Source: an uncultured Thermoplasmata archaeon
GTDB taxonomy: Archaea; Thermoplasmatota; Thermoplasmata; Halarchaeoplasmatales; Halarchaeoplasmataceae
Direction of reading: 5' to 3'
Assembly: GCA_964394465.1 (NCBI GenBank)
Contig: CAYMXS010000006.1
Location: 5,836-69,835, forward strand
Length of the DNA stretch: 64,000 nucleotides
Shown here: positions 10,318-19,661 of the stretch, piece after piece
Layout of the letters: every line of letters starts with the position of its first letter
Position numbering within the stretch: the stretch's first letter is position 1
Notes under the pieces: generated by a model
What the model was told of the DNA's origin: nothing
Databases searched by the model: none
Seen by the model: the letters and a program-made list of their open reading frames with translations, nothing else
Program-made: the position numbers and the translations under genes

Positions 10318-10827
10318 TCACCTATCGCTTCGAGTCTTTTTACTTTTCGGGATCATTATCCTTTCTTCGTCCCGGCCAAAGACCCTATGATCGTCCAGAT
10401 GAAAAGACCGTGCGGCTAAAGCGCATAGGTAGGCGTCGTATTCATGCTCGTTCTGGTACCTTTCATCTTTATCTTGTTCCCTTAATTCTAAAGCCTTCTC
10501 CACCGCCCTTGGGTAGGTCTCTATTATCTTCACATCTAGATCTATCTTATTCTTTATCCCTTCAGCCCTCTCGATCAACCTTTCCATTCCGGGCGTATTC
10601 AAGGGCAAGATAGGACCTAACCCTTCCTCGATAAGTTCTCTTTCCGCGTCTCTGAAAGCTTCACTCGACTCGGTTAGAGGCGCATCTATGGCTACGACCT
10701 CTGCTCCGTCCGTCAGTTCTAAGATCTGCTTATCGGTATTCACGGTGTAAGTCTCAATACTATCATTCAATATGCATATGCCAGAAGGATTTTCTTCCTT
10801 CGCCGCCAGGTCTATACCAAGATACAT
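10318..10827 (-). CDS. DUF429-family RNase H-fold putative nuclease
   Basis: YLGIDLA, AIDAPL, IETYP, DAYLCAL motifs. Confidence 0.75.
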   Translation of the reverse strand: MYLGIDLAAKEENPSGICILNDSIETYTVNTDKQILELTDGAEVVAIDAPLTESSEAFRDAERELIEEGLGPILPLNTPGMERLIERAEGIKNKIDLDVKIIETYPRAVEKALELREQDKDERYQNEHEYDAYLCALAARSFHLDDHRVFGRDEERIMIPKSKKTRSDR

Positions 10828-10977
10828 CGTGAGTCAAAACCGCTCAGGTGCTTAATAAAATAGATGGTGCAACTCCTCCAGATCCACTTTCACCCCTATC
10901 CCACACCGGTTAAACCACTTTTACTCACCCCCCTTGCCTTGACCCTTTTAAATAAGGACCTACTTTGTAATATCGTG

Positions 10978-11061
10978 ATGCACATGAAAGAAGAAGACGC
11001 TCACTACAGCTGGAAAGAAGTATACAGAAGGTACGGGTGCGACACCCGTTATGAAGAGTAG
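10978..11061 (+). CDS. Candidate 27-aa small protein (leaderless)
   Basis: TATA TTTTAAATA at 10946-10954, ATG at the expected transcription start, downstream hairpin plus T-run. Confidence 0.4.
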   Translation: MHMKEEDAHYSWKEVYRRYGCDTRYEE

Positions 11062-11078
11062 TTGAAGAACTCAACCTC

Positions 11079-11104
11079 AAAGATCCTCCCAAAGGTGGAT
11101 TTTT
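11079..11104 (+). terminator. Hairpin plus T-run
   Basis: AAAGATCC-TCCCAAAGGT-GGATTTTT. Confidence 0.4.
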
Positions 11105-11405
11105 CGGGCTTTCGGGGCTTGCGATAAGGTGGGTTGGGGTTCCTCTACCCCAACCTTTCATCCACCTGGAGAAAATATATTCCCCTGACTTGTTTTTATA
11201 CATTTATCAATACTCTCTTTTATCGATGAGCTCAACTATTATCTAATAAAAAAGAAAAGCAGGAAAAGTTTAATGTATAACCTCCTAATATGAGCACGAA
11301 TACAAAAGATCTCGGGTCATCTCCGAGATAGGTATCTGATAGATTATACCACAACATTTAATTAGATGAGTTTAAATTACCCGAGAAAAATTTTGAGGTG
11401 GTACG

Positions 11406-11678
11406 ATGAGCGTTGATGAAGAATTGGAGTCAATCTGTAACATGATGGACCAGATAAAGGAAGACGATTCAGTCCCCAGGAATATACGGAACGGAGCCGA
11501 AGAGTGTAAGGAGATGCTTTTAGAGTCAGATGATGAATTGGACGTAAGGATAGCATCATCTATCTTCAAGCTTGAAGACCTAGCTGACGATCCGAATCTA
11601 CCCCTGCACGGTAGAACGTTGATTTGGAACGTTATAAGTCAGCTGGAGTCCGTGAAGGAAGAAAATAACAACCATTAG
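11406..11678 (+). CDS. UPF0147 family protein
   Basis: DxSVPRNIR..DPNLPLHGRTLIWNVISQLE signature; SD GAGGTG. Confidence 0.9.
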   Translation: MSVDEELESICNMMDQIKEDDSVPRNIRNGAEECKEMLLESDDELDVRIASSIFKLEDLADDPNLPLHGRTLIWNVISQLESVKEENNNH

Positions 11679-11694
11679 TCCTTATTTTTTCTTT

Positions 11695-13212
11695 TCAGCC
11701 TTCCTCTTCAAGGTATTCTTCAAATCCTTTTTTTCCTTTCACTAGATCATCTAAAGTTTCTTTTAGCTGGGAAATGGGAACTCTGATCTGCTCAGAAGTA
11801 TCTATGTCTCTTATGGTCAAGGTGTCGTCTTCCATGGTGTCGTAATCCACTGTCAGGCAGTAAGATGTGCCTATCTCGTCGTTTCTGGCGTACCTTTTCC
11901 CTATGGAACCGCTCTTCTCCCACTTGGCTCTGAAGTCGTCCCTCAAGAGTTCGAATACCTCTCTCGATTTTTCAGGCAGTCCGTCCTTTCGGACCAATGG
12001 GAACACTGCGACCTGGAATGGGGCTATACTGTCTGGAAAATCCAGCCAGTCTCTATCGTTCGAATGGTAACCCGTTTCTAGTAAAGCCCAAACGTTCCTA
12101 TCCACGCCGAAACTCAGTTCCATAACGTGGGGTATCTTCCTGCCTTCATCCGTGGGTATGGACATCTTATCGCCGGATTCATCCTGATGTTTCCTGAGGT
12201 CGTAATCTCCCCTGTAATGGAGTCCTGTGATCTCCTTCCAGCCTCCGAGAGATTCCAGTTCAACCTCCAGATCGAAATGTATCTTGTTGTAGAACGCCTT
12301 CTCGTCGTCCCCAAGTTCTCTCAACCTGATCTTTTCCTGATCCAGATCCATCCTATGGATGTAGAAACTGTACATCTCCACCAGGTGGTACAGATAGAAT
12401 ATGGGTAGGTCGTTCAGTTCCCTATCCAGTTCGTCCACTTCTATCTTCCTTTCTTCATCCCAATCAGGCCTCTGGATGTTGACCTCCATCCCCTTCTTCT
12501 CTTTGTCCATCTCCTCGTAACGTTCCTGGAAGATCTCTTTGTGGATCTCTGGTAAGAAGAATATCTGCAGCTCGGCCTGCTCGAACTCCCTTAGGCGGTA
12601 AACACCCTGCCTGGGTGAGATCTCATTCCTGAAGACTCTGCCTACAGTTGCCAACCCAAGTGGCATCTTCTTTCGTAGGGCTCTGAACTCCCTCCTGAAG
12701 TTGATGTAGGTGCCCTGGGCCGTTTCAGGTCTGAGAAAACCGGAGTTCTTGCCCTTGGTCCCCAGTTGTACGGGGAACATCATGTTGAAGTCGACTGGAT
12801 CGGAGAACTCTCCGCCGCAGTTGGGGCAGGAAAGATCAAGTTCCATTATCTTATCTTTTATCTCTTCCTTGCCCATCCATTCTGCGTTCTCACCCGTCTC
12901 CCCCTCGATGAGATGGTCTCCCCTGTAGGATGTCCCGCACCGCTCGCACTCTATGAGTATATCGGAGAAATGATCGACATGGCCAGAGGCGTCCAAAACC
13001 CTGTGAGGCAGGATGTTAGGGGTGTATATCATGTGATAGTTCTCATCCAGGCTTAAAAAGTGGTCCTTCCATTCCTCCTCCCAGCTGTCCTTCAAAGCCG
13101 CGCCCAGATGACCGTAATCGTAGAAACCGGATTCTCCGCCGTAAATCTCTGAAGACTGCCAGATAAAGCCCCTCCTCTTACAGAGAGACTCAAGTTCTTC
13201 CTTTTCTACCAT
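11695..13212 (-). CDS. glyS: Glycine--tRNA ligase (alpha2 type)
   Basis: KRRGF..EIYGG, LRPETAQG, FRNEISPRQG, ELSFGVDR, SIGKRYARNDEIG. Confidence 0.97.
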   Translation of the reverse strand: MVEKEELESLCKRRGFIWQSSEIYGGESGFYDYGHLGAALKDSWEEEWKDHFLSLDENYHMIYTPNILPHRVLDASGHVDHFSDILIECERCGTSYRGDHLIEGETGENAEWMGKEEIKDKIMELDLSCPNCGGEFSDPVDFNMMFPVQLGTKGKNSGFLRPETAQGTYINFRREFRALRKKMPLGLATVGRVFRNEISPRQGVYRLREFEQAELQIFFLPEIHKEIFQERYEEMDKEKKGMEVNIQRPDWDEERKIEVDELDRELNDLPIFYLYHLVEMYSFYIHRMDLDQEKIRLRELGDDEKAFYNKIHFDLEVELESLGGWKEITGLHYRGDYDLRKHQDESGDKMSIPTDEGRKIPHVMELSFGVDRNVWALLETGYHSNDRDWLDFPDSIAPFQVAVFPLVRKDGLPEKSREVFELLRDDFRAKWEKSGSIGKRYARNDEIGTSYCLTVDYDTMEDDTLTIRDIDTSEQIRVPISQLKETLDDLVKGKKGFEEYLEEEG

Positions 13213-13233
13213 CTTCTGACCTCTATATTGATT

Positions 13234-14088
13234 CTATAGAATAGCCTCGATCAGGTCTAACTCGTAGACCATGGCCTCTAGATTATCGAGTTCATCCACT
13301 ATCGGGAGTTGTCCGAAGTCGTTCCTCATCATCAAGCGGGCGGCCTCGGAAACCGAAGTCTTATCGTAGACGGAAAGTGGGTCCTCTATCATGACCTCTT
13401 TTACCGTCACTTTGGGCAGTTCGATCTTGGATTCCTCGTAATAAAGTTTCATCACGTTCTTGAGGCCCTGCCAAGACCACTTGTCTTCGTTCTCTTCCAG
13501 CCCCAATTCCGATATGGCTATGTCGGCGCTTATCTCTGTCAGGTTGAACAGGTCTCGATCAGTGATTATGCCCTCCAGGCGGGTCTCGTCATCCACGACC
13601 GGGAAGGCATAGATGCCGGTCAGCGACATCATCTGGACCGCCACCTGGATAGGTGTCCCATCGTATAGGGGGATACACTGTCTACGGACCACTTCTTCCA
13701 CTGGCTTGTCGATGTTTTTCTCCTCGATATAAGAGAGCATATCAGCCGTGGTCAGTATACCAACGCAGTCCTCGCCGTTGTTTCCACCCTTGACGGGAAG
13801 GTAGTGTATATTCTTCTCGATGAAAAGCCGGGCGGCCTCTTCCACGGAGTGGTCAACCGTTATGCTGGGCCAGTTCTTGTTGTAGAGAAGGACCAGTTGG
13901 TCTTCATTTGGATTATCGAAGAAATCCTTCCTGGTTATCATGCCCTTAAGCTTCTCATCTTTGACAACGGGCATACCCGTCAGTTTGTTCTTTACCATCT
14001 TGTGTAGGACGTCTCTCCTGTTGCCCGGTAGTTCCGCTACAACCGGGTCAGGGGTCATCAGGTCTTCAACTTTTTTTTCTTCGCTCAT
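13234..14088 (-). CDS. CBS domain protein (4 CBS domains)
   Basis: Repeated PVV..L.GIIT..D CBS motifs. Confidence 0.9.
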   Translation of the reverse strand: MSEEKKVEDLMTPDPVVAELPGNRRDVLHKMVKNKLTGMPVVKDEKLKGMITRKDFFDNPNEDQLVLLYNKNWPSITVDHSVEEAARLFIEKNIHYLPVKGGNNGEDCVGILTTADMLSYIEEKNIDKPVEEVVRRQCIPLYDGTPIQVAVQMMSLTGIYAFPVVDDETRLEGIITDRDLFNLTEISADIAISELGLEENEDKWSWQGLKNVMKLYYEESKIELPKVTVKEVMIEDPLSVYDKTSVSEAARLMMRNDFGQLPIVDELDNLEAMVYELDLIEAIL

Positions 14089-14531
14089 CGTGTATCCTCC
14101 TCTTTTATACGAATGACCATGACGGGGCAGTTAGATTTTCTTATGACCTTGTCAGCGGTGCTACCCATGAATAAACGGGACAATCCAGTCCTGCTGTGGG
14201 TCCCCATGACTATCAGGTCATCTTCTTTGGATTCCTCAGCGATCACATCCGAGGGATGTCCCTGCTTGATCATCTTCTCTATCTCGATGCCCTCTTCTTT
14301 GGCCTCTTCCTCTATCCTGTCTAAGACCTTCTTGCCCTCTTTCTCCATGTAGGATTCCAAAGAGGTTATCAGATCATCAGGGGGTATCTGTGATATCGGA
14401 GCCGTATCGACAACAAATATGATCTTCATCCCCACGTCCAAGAGCTTGGCCATGGAGAATCCTTTTTTTATGACCACATTGTTCTCCTCTGAGCCGTCAG
14501 TCGGTACCAATATTCGATTGTATTCTTCCAT
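14085..14531 (-). CDS. Universal stress protein
   Basis: ILVPTDGS, LIVMGTHSRTG, MGSTADKVIRKSNCPV. Confidence 0.95.
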   Translation of the reverse strand: MEEYNRILVPTDGSEENNVVIKKGFSMAKLLDVGMKIIFVVDTAPISQIPPDDLITSLESYMEKEGKKVLDRIEEEAKEEGIEIEKMIKQGHPSDVIAEESKEDDLIVMGTHSRTGLSRLFMGSTADKVIRKSNCPVMVIRIKEEDTR

Positions 14532-14535
14532 CTTA

Positions 14536-15597
14536 TCACTTCGGTTTTCTCACAGTCTGCAAAATATCATACACGTTGGTTTTTGTTACCACATTATATG
14601 CCGGGTTTCCCTCTCTATGTCTCAAGATCAGGTAGTCCGTGACTTCATCCTGCTCACCCTCTAAATCGGAAGAGAGATTTAAATATTTTCGTGGGTTCCA
14701 GGTCGCCATCATGAGTACTTCTTCCGCATCTATACCTCCGTTCATCCTGGCGACTCTATAGGCTGTTTCCATCTCCCTCAACATGTTCGGACTGCAGAGC
14801 ATCGCGTTGTCCGTCCCCAAACATAGGTCCACACCTGCATCCACCATCTTCGGAATATCCGGAAACTTTCTGAAATACAGGTTCGAACGGGGACAGAGCA
14901 CTATAGGAACATCTTTCTCAGCACATAGTTCTAGGTCCTCTTTAGTTGCCTCCAACATATGTACCAGATGATGTACAGAGAGGTCCAGAACATCAGCGAT
15001 GGGTTCTCTCTCAGCCTCCGAGCAATGGAGTGAAAAAGGTTTGCCCTTCTTCTTTGTCTCCTCAGATATCCTCTTGATCTGAGAATCGTCCCAATCCCGG
15101 TAGGAACTGAGACCGACACCGTCTGAGAGTGAAAGGATCTTGTTGAGTTCCCAGCTATCATATTTCTCCCCGGGGGGTCTAGACATGATACGCGGCCTGA
15201 TACCGGTTTCGGATTCGAACTCGGAAAGGGCCTCTTTCAATACATTCACCCCTTCTACTCCTCTCTCCCGGAAATCTATGAAATCGAATACTCCACTATT
15301 CACCATATCTGAGAAGTAGCCTTTCATCGCCTGTTTCTTCTTCTCGGCTTTCGTCTGGGAAAGAACTTCCTGCTTTACACCGCCGGGTCCAACTACTTTT
15401 TCTAAACTGCCCTCCGGGACCTCCTGAAAAACGGAGTCCCCCACGTGGGTATGAGCATTGAAAAGAGACGGTATGATTATCGCATCTTCTCCTCCATCTC
15501 CACCTTCTTCATACTCCACTATCTCCTGATACTCCACTCTTATCTCACCCTGAACGAAGCCTTCTTCAGTGAGGAAAGGGCCGCTGTAAGTCTTCAT
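14536..15597 (-). CDS. Amidohydrolase family protein
   Basis: NAHTHVGD, LHCSE, LCPRSN, LGTDN. Confidence 0.88.
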   Translation of the reverse strand: MKTYSGPFLTEEGFVQGEIRVEYQEIVEYEEGGDGGEDAIIIPSLFNAHTHVGDSVFQEVPEGSLEKVVGPGGVKQEVLSQTKAEKKKQAMKGYFSDMVNSGVFDFIDFRERGVEGVNVLKEALSEFESETGIRPRIMSRPPGEKYDSWELNKILSLSDGVGLSSYRDWDDSQIKRISEETKKKGKPFSLHCSEAEREPIADVLDLSVHHLVHMLEATKEDLELCAEKDVPIVLCPRSNLYFRKFPDIPKMVDAGVDLCLGTDNAMLCSPNMLREMETAYRVARMNGGIDAEEVLMMATWNPRKYLNLSSDLEGEQDEVTDYLILRHREGNPAYNVVTKTNVYDILQTVRKPK

Positions 15598-15668
15598 AGA
15601 ATCTCAAATCCCATTAAAGAGTAAATAAGTTTCCCTCCCATCCGATAGGCAATTATTACTTATCATAA

Positions 15669-16694
15669 CTATAATAGATTACCACCTTTATCCCAAACGT
15701 ACACTTCGCCGTCATCGGTCTCCGCCACGACTATATCTTCACCCTCTACTTCACCCACGGCAACGCCCCCTACCTGCCCTTTAGGTTCTTTACCTACCCA
15801 CAGGAGATCACCGGATTCATCCCACACATAAACTCTACCGTCAGCGGAGCCGGCCACTACGACTTCATGGTCGCCCAGTTTTCCCAGGGTTACACCGTTG
15901 ACCTCCTTTATTGGTTCCGTACCTCTCCAGATGAGTCTGCCGAAGACGTCCCACATATAGACGCTCTTGTCAGAGGAAGCTCCTACCACGGCTTCGTAGC
16001 CCGCTATGGTACCGACATCTACTCCATTGACCGCGTCCTTGGGCTCATCCGCCGACCAGAGCAGATTGCCCATCTCGTCCCAGACGTAGACATGGGCATC
16101 GGCAGAACCTCCGACCACTACATTAACGCCGCCCAGCCTTCCTATAGCAACTCCTATTACAGCAAGGGTCGGCTCGTCAGCCCTCCACAACAGCCGGCCG
16201 TCCTTCGCCCAGACGAAAACTTCAAGACCGGCTCCGACCACGACCTCCGTGTCACCTAGAACTCCGATGGCCACGCCGTTGATCCTAGTGGTAGGTTCCT
16301 CAGCGGACCAGAGCAGGTTCCCCATATCGTCCCACACGTAAACTTTTTCTTCGTGGGAACCCGAGGCTATGACGTTCTTTCCACCAAGCTTCCCCACAGC
16401 GACCCCACCCATACCACCGTGAGGGAGGCTCTCTTTCCATAGGAATTCACCCTGTCCCAGTGCTCTCAAGATGACGGGGACCATATCGACTCTATTGGAG
16501 AGACGCTCATAAACGACCTTTGCGTTCTCTCTGATCTTCTTTTTGTCGTTCCCCAGAGCCCCGATTACCGGGGGTATCACATCCTGTGGGTTTTGCACCC
16601 CAGCCTCCGTCAGTTTATCTACAGCTTCATCCCTCTTTGATCTCCAAAAACTACCCAATTGATCGATCAGCGCCTCGATTTCTTCGGATTCCAT
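15669..16694 (-). CDS. HEAT-like repeat plus WD40-like beta-propeller protein
   Basis: N-terminal helical HEAT-like segment; six ~43-aa repeats ending VYVWD. Confidence 0.8.
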   Translation of the reverse strand: MESEEIEALIDQLGSFWRSKRDEAVDKLTEAGVQNPQDVIPPVIGALGNDKKKIRENAKVVYERLSNRVDMVPVILRALGQGEFLWKESLPHGGMGGVAVGKLGGKNVIASGSHEEKVYVWDDMGNLLWSAEEPTTRINGVAIGVLGDTEVVVGAGLEVFVWAKDGRLLWRADEPTLAVIGVAIGRLGGVNVVVGGSADAHVYVWDEMGNLLWSADEPKDAVNGVDVGTIAGYEAVVGASSDKSVYMWDVFGRLIWRGTEPIKEVNGVTLGKLGDHEVVVAGSADGRVYVWDESGDLLWVGKEPKGQVGGVAVGEVEGEDIVVAETDDGEVYVWDKGGNLL

Positions 16695-16826
16695 CGTAGT
16701 AGTATCTGGTTTCTATAAAAAAAATTTTTCTTTAATTAGACCATCTCCGCACCTTTTCGAATGTCTAGTAGATACATCTCAACCTAAATCAAAAGACATA
16801 TATCTTTCTTTCTAATATAAAGGACG

Positions 16827-17843
16827 ATGAAAAGATTGGTATCTATATTGACCTGCGTGATGATATCTATATCAGTGATCGGTGTGGCCGCAGGAGACTC
16901 TGGAGTGATCAATCCCAGGTCCAAGATCAGCGAACCAGACCAGAAAGCTGTAATCGGATGGAACGGGACCCATGAAAAACTGATCTTGAGCACTAATTTC
17001 ACTCATGAAGCAGACGAAAAGATACAGGCAGTCAGAGTCATACCGTTCCCTTCTCTGCCCTACGTGAAGCAAAGCCATGAAAAGATTTTTGAGAAGGTGG
17101 ACGAGATAGTAAAAGACCTGACGGAAACGACTAAAATAGAAAGGTTTAACACTCAAGGTTTTCAAGGAACTAACGGGGTAAAAATCGAGTGGAAAGCTGA
17201 CATAGCTAGTCACAATCTTACTGCCTATAGAGTCAATTCCCCTAAAGAGTTTAGTGAGATCGTGAGAGAGAAATTCGAATCTATTCTATCTAAATCGTGG
17301 GAGATGGAGAACCCGATAGAAGAGGTCATAGATAATTACCTAGAAAGGGAACTGCAGTATTTTGTTATAGATATGGTAGATCTTGGTGATTCAGGGGGTC
17401 TAGCTGAGCCTCTCCTCTACGGATTCCAAACGGAAAGCCTGTACTATCCACTCCTTATCAGCAGTCTATCGGAAAGAGTTGATAGGATTGATTTAGCGAT
17501 CTTTTCCAAAAAACTGATAGATCCTGCAGGGTTCAAAGATTCCCATTTAAACATCGAATGCTATACCTGGCTCAGCAAGAGGCAAGTCAGGGACGTGTCT
17601 AAAGATATCTCAGAGATGTTCGATACAGGAATATTTGAAAGGGACAAAATCGCCTTTTCGTACTTCAGTAATGAGAAATACGATGAGGTGAGATACAGAG
17701 ATATAGTCACTTCCTCATATAAGGAAAATCCCAGAAGATTGAATGGACTCTCGGTCATAGCTTTATCGGTATTCCTCTGTTCTTCTTCCATCTTGGCCTG
17801 GTTCGATTTGAAATACAACAGCAGGGAAAAAGATGAAAGTTGA
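16827..17843 (+). CDS. DUF2330-like secreted protein with C-terminal TM
   Basis: Signal peptide, QKAVIGWNGTHEKLILS, VIPFPSLP, LYYPLLISS. Confidence 0.7.
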   Translation: MKRLVSILTCVMISISVIGVAAGDSGVINPRSKISEPDQKAVIGWNGTHEKLILSTNFTHEADEKIQAVRVIPFPSLPYVKQSHEKIFEKVDEIVKDLTETTKIERFNTQGFQGTNGVKIEWKADIASHNLTAYRVNSPKEFSEIVREKFESILSKSWEMENPIEEVIDNYLERELQYFVIDMVDLGDSGGLAEPLLYGFQTESLYYPLLISSLSERVDRIDLAIFSKKLIDPAGFKDSHLNIECYTWLSKRQVRDVSKDISEMFDTGIFERDKIAFSYFSNEKYDEVRYRDIVTSSYKENPRRLNGLSVIALSVFLCSSSILAWFDLKYNSREKDES

Positions 17844-18450
17844 GGGAAACATAAAAAAGTTCAAAGGTAGATTTCATAGATTCCATCTGCTCCCTATAGA
17901 ATTTTTCATAGTCCCTATATTCTTTTTTCTCCTCTTGAACGAATTTTTTAATTCCTTTTATAGCCATATCAATTTGATCTTTTTCTTCTCTTTTCTTTTT
18001 TTATTCAGTTTCATCAAAATACTCCTGTTTAGCGGTTTTAAGAATTTCTCCCTTCTAGAACATTATGAAAATTCGGGAATGTTGATCTATGCCGGTATAG
18101 CCACATCGATAGCCTTCTGTGTGCCTCTTTTTCTATCCCCAGTTTTATTTTTCAGTATAGATTATGGGTTCTCTATATATTTTTCTAGAGTTCATATGGT
18201 CACGGGCACTTCGATATGGGCACTATCATACGTCCTGCTCGGTTATTTGATCTACAAAACAAAATTAGAGAAAAAAGGGGTGTTATCAGTTGGTATGTTC
18301 GTTTACGGCCCTCTACTCGTCACCCTTGCATTTGGACGGTTCATCAGCATCTGTCTTCTTCTTCCTATAGTGAGTTTGATCTCCCTCCTGATGGTAATCA
18401 TCTCCATAGGTTGGGTCAACGAGAACTTTATCGAAGTGCCTATGAGTTAA
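17833..18450 (+). CDS. Multi-pass membrane protein
   Basis: About 6 hydrophobic segments; overlaps the upstream gene. Confidence 0.65.
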   Translation: MKVEGNIKKFKGRFHRFHLLPIEFFIVPIFFFLLLNEFFNSFYSHINLIFFFSFLFLFSFIKILLFSGFKNFSLLEHYENSGMLIYAGIATSIAFCVPLFLSPVLFFSIDYGFSIYFSRVHMVTGTSIWALSYVLLGYLIYKTKLEKKGVLSVGMFVYGPLLVTLAFGRFISICLLLPIVSLISLLMVIISIGWVNENFIEVPMS

Positions 18451-18461
18451 AGTGAACAGAG

Positions 18462-19391
18462 TCATCGCTGAGACTCAGCCCTCTCAACAACACCTACCAC
18501 TTTTGTGATGGTTGTAGACCCAGTTAGATGATCTATAGTTATCCTGAGTTCTATCCTTTCTTGGTCCACACCAGCAGGTAGATACACGCCATCGAGTTCT
18601 AAACTTGCTTCGCCTGTACCATTAGTTATGATCGTGTTGTTTAGCCCGGCGCCTTCGATCTTCACGTCTAGATTGGCGATCGGCTCACCATCTTCATCGT
18701 AGACCCTGACAGTGAGTTCGGGTATAAGACTGGGTGTGACGGTCCCATTCGGCTCACCCTCATCACAGATTATCTTACCTGGCGGGTCTAACTCGGTCTC
18801 CACTTCCTCGACATGCGGTACTGGTAGGAGGGAACCTCTTATGTACCAACGGTCCTCTATCCTGTAAAGAACGCAGGTCTCGACATCATTTATCTGACCC
18901 CACCTCTCCCATTCAGCGGTGATATTCACCTTGGCTACATAGTAATCTTCTATATCCACTCCGAAGAAATCCTCGTATCCTCTGTTCGCCTTCTCTATCT
19001 CGGACTGGTTGTAAGAGCCCATCATCTCCTCTCTATATACTATCTCCCAGACCTCATAGCTTGATACCTTTACTGAGCTATTCTCGTACTCCTTCACCCT
19101 GTTCTGTTTCCATTCCTTAACCGCTTCTTTCTGGGTCTGGTTGAGATCTGACTTGAAAGGGGGATAGACCACGTCAAGGACGAGCGTTCCGTTCTTCTCG
19201 TTCACCCCTTCAACGAAGGTCCCTATGGTCTCCTCTGGAGTATTTTTCGGCTCCGGCTCTTTCATAACAGAATAGGCTATTATAGACGAGATGAGTAATA
19301 CAGATAAAACTGCAAAAACGACCGCTACTTTCAAGGGGTCCCGTTCAGCTGAACGGATCGACTCATCCTCTTCGTTGTCTTCATTTGCCAT
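18462..19391 (-). CDS. Membrane-anchored hypothetical protein with a C-terminal Ig-like domain
   Basis: N-terminal TM; LTVRVYDEDGEPIANLDV..TNGTGEA. Confidence 0.75.
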   Translation of the reverse strand: MANEDNEEDESIRSAERDPLKVAVVFAVLSVLLISSIIAYSVMKEPEPKNTPEETIGTFVEGVNEKNGTLVLDVVYPPFKSDLNQTQKEAVKEWKQNRVKEYENSSVKVSSYEVWEIVYREEMMGSYNQSEIEKANRGYEDFFGVDIEDYYVAKVNITAEWERWGQINDVETCVLYRIEDRWYIRGSLLPVPHVEEVETELDPPGKIICDEGEPNGTVTPSLIPELTVRVYDEDGEPIANLDVKIEGAGLNNTIITNGTGEASLELDGVYLPAGVDQERIELRITIDHLTGSTTITKVVGVVERAESQR

Positions 19392-19476
19392 ACTGGTTCC
19401 TCTGATTGACTATTGATTGTATCATCTAAATTATATAGTTTTGGTTATGGAACAAGTTCAAGTATTGAAAAATAGA

Positions 19477-19582
19477 CGCCGAGAGAGGGATTTGAACCCT
19501 CGAGGTGCAAGGCACCACGAGATTTACGGTCCCCTGAAGGGGAACTCCAATCTCGCGCCGTACCAGGCTAGGCTATCTCGGC
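19477..19582 (-). tRNA. tRNA-Ser(GGA) with a 21-nt intron at 37/38 (19524-19544)
   Basis: GCCGAGA acceptor stem, anticodon stem CGAGA/TCTCG, long variable arm, GGTTCAAATCC, G73; no encoded CCA. Confidence 0.92.
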
Positions 19583-19661
19583 ACTATAAGGCAAATTAAA
19601 CAATGGTATAGCTTTAGTATTGGAAACTCCTATTTATAGTTAAAGCACCAGTTAGAAAAAT

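Noticed and set aside
15600..19500. Integrative element at the 3' end of tRNA-Ser
   Set aside because: Accessory-looking genes follow the tRNA, but I saw no integrase and no duplicated tRNA 3' end.
19523..19530. Alternative GTA (Tyr) anticodon at the intron 3' end
   Set aside because: The long variable arm, G1-C72 and G73 indicate Ser, and BHB geometry places GTA inside the intron.
19417..19599. 60-aa ORF
   Set aside because: Antisense to the tRNA-Ser gene.
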